Below are positions 12,572-40,700 of a DNA stretch of 64,000 nt, in pieces. The translations under genes were made by a program, and so were the position numbers. Where the stretch lies: positions 20,319,367-20,383,366 of the forward strand of contig NC_057743.1 of assembly GCF_004010195.1 (NCBI RefSeq). Reading direction: 5' to 3'. Origin of the DNA: Chiloscyllium plagiosum (taxonomy: Eukaryota). How positions within the stretch are numbered: the first letter of the stretch is position 1; every line of letters starts with the position of its first letter. The notes under the pieces were generated by a model that worked only from the letters and a program-made list of their open reading frames with translations, was not told the origin of the DNA and made no database searches.

Positions 12572-12840
12572 GGCGACAACCGGCTGCCGAGCACCGAAAC
12601 ACGGACACAGGGACACAACTGGCCCGGGGAACCAGCACCAAAAGCCAGGCGCTCGATCGCCGACTAGACCGAGGCCCAATCGCCCAAAGCAGAAATTCCA
12701 CCAAACACTCCACACACACACACCAACTCCGCGCTGTACAATCCACCTAACCGCACTGCCGCAAACCGGCCCCGCCACTGTCGCAAAGCGAGCCGCACAG
12801 CAAGTGTACATGTCGCTGTCTCTCTGCCATCTTGATGAGG
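12440..12840 (-). promoter_or_regulatory. CpG-rich DDI2 promoter/5' region with GC box and YY1-like motif
   Basis: CpG enrichment against an AT-rich background; GGCCCCGCC near 12769-12777; GCCATCTTG (CAAGATGGC on -) at 12826-12834. Confidence 0.6.
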
Positions 12841-13987
12841 AAATGAATTCATTACCTTTTACCTACTACCCCCAATCCTTATAAGGTATTCACTGTGTAA
12901 TAACTACCACAATGCATTAGTCCAGGTCCACTGATGATGGCTTTAGGAAAATGCATCTTCTCTTTTAGAAATTAGCCCACATTCCAAAACATAAATTAGT
13001 TTCGAATTTTTGGGTGGACAGAATTCTGTTTTCTTGACATCTTTTAAAATCACTAATAGAAGACTATGACATATCTATTTCATGATAATGTTGTTTTGCT
13101 GAAGGACATGTTCGTCAGAAAGCAAAATGAAACAGCAGTAAGAGACCACAGCATCAACTGTTAATTTTAAATGAAATTATCATCAATGTTCATCCTTGTA
13201 ACATGCTTACATGATCCTGACTTATTAGTTTGTTTGGGATAAGTCCTAGTAATTACAATTTTCATGCATCAGCATTTGATATTTTTGAAAGTTACATCAA
13301 AATGAAAATCATGTTGTGCAGCAAAACATTAAAAGCAGAGTTTCATGCTCGATTCTCATCAGAGTCCTCAGCCAAGATGACAAGAAGCTATTTGATTGGT
13401 CTCAGCATCTCAAGGGAGAAGACAGGCAAGAAGAAGCCTAGATAGGATGATGTTTTCTTCAGCACTGATAAAACAGCCAGATGACACATCATCCGGCAGA
13501 CATTTGACAAATGGTCATACGGATGAAGTATGAAACAAAACAGAAGTGGTTGGAAAAGCTCAGCAGGTCTGGCCGCACCTGTGAACAGAAATCAGAATTA
13601 ATGTTTCGGGTTAGGGGAAGGGTCACCTGACCTGAAAAGTTAACTGATTTCTCAGGTGTGCCAAACCTGCTGAGCTTTTCCTGCAATTTGATTTCATTTC
13701 TGATTTACAATATCCACAATTCTTTTGATTTTTATTCAGGTGAAGCATGAAGTTTGCACTCAAGCAAAAGTGTGTACATAATAGTTACCATACACCTTTT
13801 TCTACCCAAAAGCTAATTTTGGCATATGATAGACTCCATATTTACCAATAATGGAACACATTTTGCCAGATACCATGAGTCTACACTGAGGATAAGTGAG
13901 ACGAAATTTATACAACTGAACTTGACCACACAATATATTGGGAGCTACAAAAAATTGAAACCACAATAAAAAAAAGGAATGTTACAC

Positions 13988-13993
13988 TTTATT
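13988..13993 (-). terminator. Candidate DDOST polyadenylation signal (alternative AATAAA at 14381-14386)
   Basis: AATAAA on the - strand followed by a U-rich then GU-rich stretch; about 650 nt downstream of the stop. Confidence 0.5.
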
Positions 13994-14644
13994 TCCAATG
14001 ATGTGGAAAAATAATTTTAAGGAGAAGTTACATCAATGTGGATGCCGTAATTGGGAAACCGGAATGAAACATTTTAAATTAAACAATAGATGAAAATAAA
14101 TTTCTCCCAGCTCAAAGTAACGTCTTATTGGCCAAAGGTCAAGATCTTTCTCAAGAGTGACCAAATGGTTAATACTCAGACTCTTTTGATTTGAACCAGT
14201 GATAGATGAATGCAAAGTCTTCCAGTTTTTCTTGTGTGTATGGAGCTGTCACTTAGTGAAGCACTATAGAGGTCTAATAGTTTCCTTCATCTGACACAGC
14301 CAAGGAAACAATGGACTTGATCGTGAGTGAAGAAGATGTGGTTCTAAAAAACCTTAATAGATTTTCTTTTTTCCACAAAGTTTATTCATCTCCAAGAAAA
14401 ATAATCAATACAAGGTTACACCCATTTTCAGTAACCCACAGGACACAGATAACCTCTGATCAATGGAGGGATCAATGATAAATGCCATTTTCTGTCTTGT
14501 TGCATCTTAGAATGTATGTGCTCGGGAAATTACTGTGGTCAATAAAGCAAATACTAGAATTTGCACCCAACTATCACCAATTCAACATCAACTTAAACTT
14601 TCAGCATTACTGAGGCCAAGAACACAACACACGGCAATCAGAGC

Positions 14645-29869
<15,225 letters not shown>

Positions 29870-29884
29870 GTCCAACACCACACA

Positions 29885-29935
29885 GAGACCGGAACCGGAA
29901 ACTGCACCGCCCCTCCGACAACCGTAGTCCAGTCG
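29885..29935. promoter_or_regulatory. DDOST proximal promoter motifs: tandem ETS sites and GC box
   Basis: CCGGAACCGGAA at 29889-29900, CCGCCC at 29907-29912 and an ACTAC-type motif just upstream of the ATG; typical housekeeping promoter elements. Confidence 0.55.
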
Positions 29936-30855
29936 CTTGCATCCCCAAGTACTCTCCCTTTCTTCATTATTTACACCATCATTGAATTTATTATTTATTT
30001 TTCTATCTCGAATCCCAAAACGTTTTAAATGAAAAAATCTTCCAAATATTAATATCAACCGCCGCCAATTCTCCAAACCAACCAATCAACACCAGCCAAC
30101 TTGTCACTAACGCTTCTGCAACACTGAGAGAGGTCCCCCGAGAACTTTGCACGGTCTTGGGTTTCCGCCTTCCTTTTCATGCCCAATATATAGCAAGAGG
30201 GGATTTGCTATGATTTATTTCATCATCTTTTCTGCACGGATGAAATAAAAATAATCATAAGGTACACTGTAGTAAAAAAATGTGTTAAACATTTGGTACT
30301 TAGAATTAGATTTACATTTAGCAATTGCTGGTCAGGTTCAAAATCAGACGTATTAAGGCCAAAATTTCACCAACAAGTTTCTACAAAATCATATATAATT
30401 GATCTGTCTTTAGGTGGCGTAAAGACACACTTACTGCATAAACATAGAAAGGAGAATGACAAAAATACCTTATAGTGAGGATATATATTTTAAAAATGTA
30501 CAACTAAAGAGATGGAGCATGGGATGTACAGTCAAGCAAAGAAGGCGATATTCGAAGTGACCAAAAGTTTATTCACAGATTTAAGGAGGGTGCTAAAGAA
30601 GAGATAGGAGTTCCAGAAGGAAATTCCAGAGCATGGACGTACAAGAAACTAGAATCAAACAGCAATGTTGGTATCACTCATAGTCTACAATTCCATTAAA
30701 ATGAATTAATTATTAAGAATAAAAGTGAGGATTATTAGTCAAACAACAACTCAGTAATCAGTTGTAATGCATTGAGATGAAGAATCCTGCCAGATTATTT
30801 ATTTTTCTGAAATTATGACATACTTTATTATGGGTATACTTCAAGTTTCAAAACA

Positions 30856-31165
30856 CATGTGGCACAGTGGTTAGCACTGCTGCCTCACAGCGCCAGAGAC
30901 CCGGGTTCAATTCCCGACTCAGGTGACTGACTGTGTGGAGTTTGCACATTCTCCCCGTGTCTGCGTGGGTTTCCTCCGGATGCTCCGGTTTCCTCCCACA
31001 GTCCAAAGATGTGCAGGTCAGGTGAATTGGCCATGCTAAATTGCCCATAGTGTTAGGTAAAGGGGTAAATGTAGGGGAATGGGTGGGTTGTGCTTCGGCG
31101 GGTCGGTGTGGACTTGTTGGGCCGAAGGGCCTGTTTCCACACTGTAAGTAATCTAATCTAATCTA
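30856..31165 (+). mobile_element. Full-length HE1-type V-SINE
   Basis: tRNA-like head, V-domain and (CTAAT)n tail; high identity to the other copies in the window. Confidence 0.9.
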
Positions 31166-31924
31166 AAAACTCCACATGAATTAATATTAATTAAGTTCTA
31201 ACCTCAGTAAGTCAGAGAAAACGTGTATATGGAGAAAAAAATGGCTGAGGGCATAATGTTTGTAGCATAATATCTAGGTGAGGTAAGGTCTAGTGATGTG
31301 CCCTGAAATACTATGTTGGGATCAGTGTGTTTTCTAAGTTGTATTAATGATTTAGATTCAGAACCTCTGTACAAATTGGTAAAAGGAACTCAAAGTTTGT
31401 GAGAAGATTTTTAGCTCGGGTGCTCGTTGTTGTGGTTCTGTTCGCCGAGCTGGAATTTGTGTTGCAGACGTTGCGTCCCCTGTCTAGGTGACATCCTCAG
31501 TGCTTGGGAGCCTCCTGTGAAGTGTTTCTGTGATCTTTCCTCCTGCATTTGTAGTGGTTTGAATCTGCCGCTTCCGGTTGTCAGTTCCAGCTGTCCGCTG
31601 CAGTGGTCGGTATATTGGGTCCAGGTCGATGTGCTTATTGATTGATTCTGTAGATGAGTGCCATGCCTCTAGGAATTCCCTGGCTGTTCTCTGTTTGGCT
31701 TGTCCTATAATAGTAATGTTATCCCAGTCGAACTCATGTTGCTTGTCATCTGCGTGTGTGGCTACTAAGGATAGCTGGTCGTGTCGTTTCGTGGCTAGTT
31801 GGTATTCATGGATGCAGATCGTTAGCTGTCTTCCTGTTTGTCCTTTGTAGTGTTTTGTGCAGTCCTTGCATGGGATTTTGTACACTACATTAGTTTTGCT
31901 CATGCTGGGTATCGGGTCCTTCGT

Positions 31925-32162
31925 NNNNNNNNNNNNNNNNNNNNNNNNNNNNNNNNNNNNNNNNNNNNNNNNNNNNNNNNNNNNNNNNNNNNNNNNNNNN
32001 NNNNNNNNNNNNNNNNNNNNNNNNNNNNNNNNNNNNNNNNNNNNNNNNNNNNNNNNNNNNNNNNNNNNNNNNNNNNNNNNNNNNNNNNNNNNNNNNNNNN
32101 NNNNNNNNNNNNNNNNNNNNNNNNNNNNNNNNNNNNNNNNNNNNNNNNNNNNNNNNNNNNNN
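31925..32162. other. Assembly gap (238 N)
   Basis: Run of N between the two inverted PLE arms. Confidence 1.
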
Positions 32163-32164
32163 NC

Positions 32165-32670
32165 TTACTTTAAAGCTATGCCCCCTTGTAATACCCGACT
32201 CAATACGCGGGGAAAGGTTCATACTGTCGACCCTATCTAAACCCCTAATCATCTTGTACACCTATATCAAGTCACCTCTAAACCTTCTTTTCTCTAGTGA
32301 AAACAGCCCCAAGTGCCTCAGTCTTTCCTCATACGATTTTCCTTCCATACCAGGCAACATCCTGGTAAACCTCCTCTGCACCCGTTCCAGTGCCTCCACA
32401 TCCTTCCTATAGTATGGCGACCAAAACTGCACACAATATTCCAGATGTGGCCGCACCAGAGTCTTATACACCTGCAACATGACCTCAGGACTCCGGAACT
32501 CAATTCCTCTACCAATAAAAGCCAGTACGCCATATGCCTTCATTACCGCACTATTTACCTGGGTGGCAACTTTCAGAGATCTGTGTACATGGACACCAAG
32601 ATCCCTCTGCTCATCCACACTACCAAGTATCCGACCATTAGCCCAGTACCCCATCTTTTTGTTACTTTTT
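32165..32670 (-). mobile_element. CR1 ORF2 C-terminal fragment
   Basis: RDLGVHVHRSLK..YKTLVRPHLEYCVQFWSP..RFRGDLI. Confidence 0.88.
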
Positions 32671-33000
32671 GAAGACAGCTAACGATCCGCATCCATGAAC
32701 ACCAACTAGCCACGAAATGACACGACCAGCTATCCTTAGTAGCCACACACGCAAATGACAAGCAACATGAGTTCGACTAGGATAACACTACTATTATAGG
32801 ACAAGCCAAACAGAGAACAGCCAGGGAATTCCTAGAGGCATGGCACTCATCCACAGATTCAATCAATAAGCACATCGACCTGGACCCAATATACCGACCA
32901 TTGCAGCGGACAGCTGGAACTGACAACCGGAAGCAGCAGATTCAAACCACTACAAATGCCTGAGGAAAGATCACAGAAGCGCTTCAAAGGAGGCTCCCAA

Positions 33001-33040
33001 GCACTGAGGATGTCACCTAAACAGGGGACGAAACGTTTGC
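33001..33040 (+). ncRNA. Minimal hammerhead ribozyme motif (intact core)
   Basis: GCA-CTGAGGA-T-GTCACCT-AAAC-AGGGGAC-GAAA-CG-TT-TGC. Confidence 0.75.
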
Positions 33041-34600
33041 AACACAAATTCCCAGCTCGGCGAACAGAACCACAACAATGGTAAAAGGAACAGCAAATTA
33101 AAATCAGGAAGCTCAAAAACTTAAAATCTGTGAGCTAGTCAAAAACATAAATGAAATGAATGCAGACCACAGTAAATTATTGCAAATAAATTTGAATTAT
33201 TGCCCACTTTCAAAATTTTAGGGATTTTCAACATCATTAACAAACAACAAATCAAAATTACATTTCTGAATGCTGTTTTTATCTCATACTGTACATCCAA
33301 AGTTATTAAAGCATACATTTCACAAAGACTTTATAATCACCATGTGTGTAAGATAGTAGATTGTATGGAAAAGATTAATACATAACTTTAAACCATAGGA
33401 TAAGAAGATAAGGAGACATAAGTTACAAACAATTTAAGGTAAGTTTAATACTTTTATTAGAAGGTATCAGGCAAAATTAGATCAACTCTTGCAATGGTCC
33501 ACCTGTTGGAGACAGAAACCGTAAAAAAATGTAAGAGACACTGGGCTCAGCAATGAGAAATATTGGAATTGTTTTTAAAATAAATTATTAAACCATCTGT
33601 CCTCTTAGGTGGGCATAAAATAACCCACAGCACTACTTCAAAGATGTACAGGGTGTTGTCTTCATCAAAATATCTCTCAACCTACATCACGCATAAAAAT
33701 TAGTTGGCATCAACACATTACTGTTTCTGGGAACTTGCTTAGTGCAAACATGCTGCCACACTTTTTATATCATAACAATGATTACTTGTCAAAAATACTA
33801 AATTGGCTATGAGTTATGCAAGTCTATTTTTTAGGACTGATACGAGAAGATAGTTCGTCATGCAGCGTGAAATACATCACAATTAACACTTCAAACAGTT
33901 AGGAGCAGAGTTGTATGTGGAATCCTATAATTTACAAGCGATTTTCAATTGAGACATTCAAGAGGGCATAGGATGATTGGATAGAAATAGTGTTCAGGGA
34001 TATAGGGAAAATGCAAGAGATTGTTGGCACTAGGTCACAAAACTGTGCAGACAGAATGGGCTAATTAGCCTCTTCCTGTCACATAATAATTCTCTGATTT
34101 AATGAAAAGTATGTGGAGTGAGATAGATTTCCTAAAATTAGGCTAGTTGTTCCCAGAGGTCAGGAATCATGGACTCTGCTGGTTTTGGGCACACAGCTGG
34201 GGAAAGAAACTAGCAACATGCCCCTCAAATTAGCAGAATTCATAAACCACACAGTACCAGGTGCTGCAGGCCAAAGAGACAAATGATTAAAAATAATTTG
34301 AACTCTGTCAAATATTTATATAAAAGAGTTATATTCTAACTGGTAAGTACGAATTCTGCCAAGTGTCTATATTCAGAGTTATTTCATAAATGGTAAATAC
34401 TTTGCAATTTCTTTTTGTATATCAATGTTATTTATCACTCATCTCATTCCCATTTGTCCTTTGCCACAGTCTGGCCTATTTGGGTGATTGCCTCCAGCGC
34501 ACCCGGAACTATCTGGCTGCCATTTGTTGAAGGTCAGAGTCTGAGAGTTGCTAGTTCGGTTCCTCCTCATTCCTGTGGGGACTTTCTGACTTGACAAAAG

Positions 34601-34732
34601 ATGAACCAGCATCATAGAAACCTGCTGCAGAGAAACCGCGTACAGCTGGTGAAAAAACTGCAGCCCGAGCTCATTTACGACTTTCTGACGGAGAAAGGCG
34701 TTTTCACCGACGACATGATAGAGGAAGTCAAG
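34601..34732 (+). CDS. CASP9: CASP9 exon 1 (CARD)
   Basis: [44 protein letters not shown]; 132 nt; donor AAG|GTGTGA; CpG-rich. Confidence 0.93.
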
Positions 34733-37700
34733 GTGTGAGAGGGATTGCGGGTCAGCGACGGGCCGAACGAAAAATAGAAACAGATAGGTTTCCTCTTTTA
34801 TTCTCTTTTTATTTTAAGAAAAGCCTCTTCTCGCGGTCAAATGCGGCAAATCTCGATGGCAAGCCAGGATGGGTGCTGTTTCAGGGAGGAATTGAAGCTG
34901 CACATATTTGAATGTCTCTTGTACTCAGGTTGAGGTATCTATAATCATCTGTGGAACCTGAGCATGTCAGCAGGATGCACACATTATGTAATTTATACAT
35001 TTACAAATTAAATCCCAGTCACTTGTGTAAACTTACATAGCACGAGTTACTTTAAGATGTGTTTATGTTTTGATATTCAGCTGCACAATTCAATCAGTTG
35101 GTAACGCTCTTATTTGGATCTTGTGTTTATCCTCCTGTTAAATGTTCAGAATGACTGCTTCTGTGGTGTATCATACATTACCATTTGCAATGCTTAATGT
35201 GCAACAAAAAAACAAAATCAAGTCAATTTGAATAAAATGTTTTGCTAATTTCTGTCTGCTTGCCTTTTCTTACACAATCTCTTATCTAAGCTTATTACTT
35301 AAGTCCTAAACAAATCTATTTTCTTTTGTCTGTGGGACTGCTGTCTGTTCTCTTACAATTAAATCCATAATACAAAACAGGCTATTAAATGTTGATAATT
35401 TTATAATCCTTTAGTGCAAAAACACAATCTTTGATCATGTGGAGGGTTCAATGGTTTAAATGAAACTAACTCCACATGATTAAATAGGTTCCAAATCATA
35501 TTTATATATTTGGAAAACCTAAGTGCTTACCTGTTTTATTGGGGAAATACAATGAATGTTGTGGGACTGAGCTGAAAGCAACTCCTCCAAAGGTCTAGTT
35601 TATACGTTTGCTTTGTGTTTTCAGTAAGTAATAATATAATAAAGAGATAATAAAGTAATAAAGAGATATCATTTATTCTTGTCAAAGAGTGAATCAGTTG
35701 TCCACAGTCATAAATGTATGTTTGAGAAACAGGACAGTATTGAAACAGGAGTTGTCTGAAAAGGGACATTGTAAAGACATCATATTTGAGACCTATTCAG
35801 CACACTTGGGGATAAGAATAGCAGTGTTTGAATGTTTTCATCAACTATTGCAAACTGGACTGTATACGTCCTGAAGAGTTACGTATCCTATTGTCTGAAA
35901 TCTGTCTTTTGATTTTAGTATTATTTTGGAAAAGTTTGTGAGAAGATTTGTAGCTCGCGTGCTCGTTGCTGTGGTTCTGTTCGCCGAGCTGGAAGCTTTT
36001 GTTGCAAACGTTTCGTCCCCTGCCTAGGTGACATCCTCAGTGCTTGGGAGCCTCCTGTGAAGCGCTTCTGTAGTGTTTCCTCCGGCATTTATAGTGGCCT
36101 GTCCCTGCCGCTTCCGGTTGTCAGTTTCACCTGTCCGCTGTAGTGGCTCGATCTCGGGACTCATAGCAGAAGCAGTAATGTAAAGGTTAGAACAAACAGT
36201 CTTACCACAAATTCAACCCAAACTCTGGGTCAGACACGTTGATGACACCTTTGTAATCATTAAAAACACGGAAATAGAGAATACACACCGGATCATCAAC
36301 TCCACACTCACAGGAATCCGATTCACGAGAGAGGAAGAAAAGGACAACCAACTCCCATTCCTAGACGTGAGGGTACAGAGAACACCAAACAGAGAATTCA
36401 CCACTAAGGTACACAGGAAAGCCACACACACAGACCAAGTCCTGAACTATGAAAGCAACCACCCCAATACACACAAACTAGGTTGCATCAAGACACTATT
36501 CAAAAGGGCCACAACACACTGCAGCACACCAGAACTGCAAAAAGAGGAAGAGGAACACCTATACAAGGTATTCGCCAAAAACGGATATCCTCGCAATTTC
36601 ATCAACAGATGCCTAAGGGAAAGACAACAGACCGAGGACATGCCGCAATCCAAAGGACTAGCCACACTACCATACATCAAGAACATCTCTGAAATGACAG
36701 CCTGACTACTGCAACCACTAGGACTTATAACAGCACACAAACCAACAGCCACTCTCAGACAACAACTCACCAGAACGAAGGACCCGATACCCAGCATGAG
36801 CAAAACTAAAATAGTGCACAAAATCCCATGCAAGGACTGCACAAAACACTTTATAGGACAAACAGGAAGATAGCTAACGATCCGCATCCACGAACATCAA
36901 CTAGCCACAAAACAACACGACCATCTATCCCTAGTAGCCACACACGCAGACGACAAGCAACATGAATTTGACTGGGACAACAATACCATTATAGGGCAAG
37001 CGAAACAAAGAACAGCCAGGGAATTCCTAGAAGCATGGCACTCATCCACAAACTCCATCAACAAACACATAGACCTGGACCCAATATACCGGCCACTACA
37101 GCGGACAACTGAAACTGACAACCGGAAGCGGCAGGGACAGGCCACTATAAATGCCGGAGGAAACACCACAGAAGCGCTTCACAGGAGGCTCCCAAGCACT
37201 GAGGATGTCATCTAGACAGGGGACAAAACGTTTGCAACAAAAACTTCCAGCTCGGCGAACAGAACCACAACAGCATTATTTTGGAAAATTAGCCATTTGA
37301 ATAATCTAAATGCTAGTTAACATTGTGACTGTATATGAATACTGCTTAGATTTGAAATTAAAGTATTTAAATGATGATCATCAACATGGAGTTGACTGAA
37401 TTTTTTTTGACTTTAGAAATCAGGCACACGCAGGGACCAAGCCCGTCAGTTAGTAACTGATCTGCAGACACGTGGAACAGGAGCATTTCATGCTTTTTTG
37501 GAAAGTCTGAAAGAAAGCAAGCAACATGAGCTCTTTGATCTACTGCAAGAGGGGCTGTCTATCCAAAATAACCCCTCCACCTTTGTTAGACCGGTTCAAC
37601 CCATGAAAATATATAATCCTGTTCAGCAGGACACCCAGATTTCTCACCCAGTTCAATGTATGTACGGAATCTGCTTGTGCTTTTAGAAACTAATTGTTTG

Positions 37701-40700
37701 GGAATATGGATTTACTTGAATCCCATTTGGATTATTTAGTGGCTAATTTACGATCATTTGTAGTTACTGAACTTGTGATCATAAAACTCCAGCCATTGTG
37801 TTTCGGTAGGTGTCAAACAGTTGCTTCTCCCTTCATTTCAGCCCTCTGAACATTTATCAACAGAATTAAAAGGAGACTGATGGGTAAGATGGTTAAATGG
37901 GGCAAAACATGGTACAGCATAAATGAAGTAATCTCTTGGCGAGTGGTTCAGAATTCTAGGAAGACTCACAGACAGTGAATCTGGAATATGTTGAAGAAGC
38001 ATTAGGAAAGGAAGATAGGAAGTCTGGGATTGGATGGTTTTTGTTCTCAATACCCTGTAAAGGAAAGTTGATGAGATGTGGGTATTGTTTTTGTTGTAAG
38101 TTAGTTCACTGGGGCTGAGAACATATTGCAGAGATACGAAGAGACAAAGCTGTGAAAACAAGGAAAAGAATTTTAAACCAGGAGCTTGTGTAAGTAGTGA
38201 GCACAGAGAGCAAATGGTTTTCCATTATTTAATGTGGAAAACACTACTCAACTGGGACTAGATATCAGTGAAGTGGTCTGACAATACACGCAGTGGACAA
38301 GTCAAGAGATATAATCAAAGGGTAGATTTGGGCATGTAGAAGCTGACTTCGTAGAGCTAAGGAGTGACATTTAGATGTAGATCGGAGGACAACTGAGTCA
38401 ACAATAGCTTCAAGACAATTGCAATGGAACAAATGAAAAGAATTACTATTGTCCAAGATGCTCTGCTCCCATTGTGCTGGTGAGATGGATAGTGAAGAGG
38501 ACAGTTCCAAGGAGTGACACAAAAGAGGGAGACCTTGTGAATACCATGTAAGACTGCAGTGGTTGAGAAGAAACTACCTCATGGCCAGAGTCACATATTT
38601 TGTCATTCTGGCTTGGATGGTTTCAGGGTGGAAATCTGAAGGCACGATTTAAATTTGCAAGAAAGATGGACACAAATACCAGAAGCAAAATATTCAAGGA
38701 AATTGCGTTTGGAGCTTGGATGCTAGTTTATGACAACCCAAATATTGAGAGTTTTTCTTTGAGTTGGTTTTGAAAGAGGAGGGAGTGGTACCTGGGGAGA
38801 GAAAGTCAGTTAAATGGTCAGCAATTTTGTGGGAGTATGGTTGAAATAGCAGAGATGGCTTCATCGACAAGGTAAGCTTGGATACAGCATTAGGGGAAAT
38901 GTGACACAAAGTGGATAATAAAGCAGGATCAATATTGGGGTGGAGGCAGAGAGGAGAGGTTTGACTTGATGGGCAAAGGTAAGGAAAGTAGCTGAACAGA
39001 TCAACTGAATTAACAATGAAGTCCCATGATTTCAAGGCTGGAGAGCAATGGGGAAGGAGATTTAAGGTATGGTTGTTAGTTAAAGAAAGCTGCTTGAGGT
39101 TTACATAGTTCTCCAGGGGAGGTAGGTAGGAATATTTGGTCAAGAAAAATGAAATCCAACTTAGTTGAGTAGTCCAGTAAGACATGGCGATATTGCCTAA
39201 ACCAGTTGAGCATCATATTTCTTTTAAATCTGCATCTCTAGGACCTGAGAGAGCTGGGATAGTGGGGGGGGGGGGTGTTAAACCAGGGGACTGATTAAGA
39301 AGAGGGAGAATAAGACATTACTAGGGATAAGGACATTGAAATGTGGAGAGGAAAGAGTGTCAATTTGGAATTGGTCAGGTGGAGAAATAATCAGGTGAAT
39401 GAGAAACCAAAGTGTGGGCAGGAGGGAATTTGGACATGTAGCTGTAAATGTCTCTTATATATGTGCTGATCATGATTTTGTGCCCTTGTGTTCAGGTTCA
39501 GACACTGATATAGGTCTTGCTAAGCCAACTATAAAAAGACTACAAGATGATATGGTGAGTGTTATGTCAATGTCTTTACACGCTGTTTATTTGTTGAGTC
39601 TTGTATAGGATGTTGTATTATGTGGGGAATAATTCAGTCCTAAATTGAAATTGTATGCAGATGTTCTGTGTTTACAATAAGCAGATATTAATTTCTAAAT
39701 TATGACATTCAGAAGAAGGGTTTGTGTTATAAGGAGATGCTGGATAGGCTGGGAATTTCTTCACCGGAGCACAAGAGGTTAAGGGGTGATCTTATAGAGG
39801 TTTACAACATCATGAGGGATGTAGATAAGGTATCTTTTTCCAAGGGTGGAATTTCAAGATGAATGGGCATATTTTTGAAGTCAGAGGATAAAGATTGTTA
39901 AAAATCATGAGGGACAATTTTTTACACAGAGAGTGGTTCACGAATGGAATGAACTTCCAGAGGAAGTGGTGAATGCAGGTACAGTTACAACATTTAAAAA
40001 CCATTTATAAAAGTATATGAATAAGAAATGTTTGGAGGGATATAGGCTAAGCGCAGGCAAGTGGGACTAATTTAGTTTGGGATTATGGTTGGCATGGTCT
40101 GCTTGAACTGAAGGGTTTGTTTCAGTGCTGAGTGACTCTATGACTTGGGTGTCTTTGCATAACGAATACAGATTGTTAGCATACAGATACAGCAAAAAAT
40201 AACAGGAAGGCAAATAGCATGTTGGCCTTTATTGTAAGGAGTTTAGACAAGAACTTTTAAAAGTTGGTTGGGGGCAAATGTCTGCAGGTAAAGGGACGGC
40301 TGGAAAATGGGATGCCTTCAGAAATGAGATATGGAGAATCCAAAGAAAGCATATTTCTGCAAGGTTTGTGAAGATTTGTTGCTCAGGTTGAGGTAGTCTG
40401 GCTGTCATTTCTGAAACTTCTTTGATGTATGGTAAGGTGGTTAGGGTTTCTGGCTGTTTGGTCTGCTTGTCGTGGTTTGTTCTTGAGGAATCTGCGCACT
40501 GTATTTTTTTGAGTATCCGTTCTTCTTGAATACGTTGTATAGGTGGTTCTCCTCTGTTTTCCGAAGTTCGTCTGTGCTGCAGTGTGTGGTGGCTCGTTTG
40601 GAATAGTGTTCTGATACAGTTTTGTTGTGTGTGTTGGGATGGTTGTTGGTGTAGTTAAGTATTTGGTCAGTGTTTGTCGGTTTTCTGTATACGCTGGTTT

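Larger units (their letters stand above)
31390..33078. mobile_element. PLE insertion with inverted arms (31390-31924 on -, 32671-33078 on +) enclosing a gap and a CR1 fragment
   Basis: GIY-YIG motif [23 protein letters not shown]; 13-bp TSD TGGTAAAAGGAAC at 31377-31389 and 33079-33091. Confidence 0.88.

Noticed and set aside
12561-12884. 107-aa + strand ORF antisense to DDI2 exon 1
   Set aside because: GC-rich promoter shadow with no recognisable domain or splice partner.
29870-30085. Upstream extension of the DDOST exon 1 ORF in the track
   Set aside because: Begins at a non-ATG codon and runs through promoter sequence; the real start fits 29869.
31838-32261. ORFs crossing 31925-32162
   Set aside because: Artefacts of translating through Ns.
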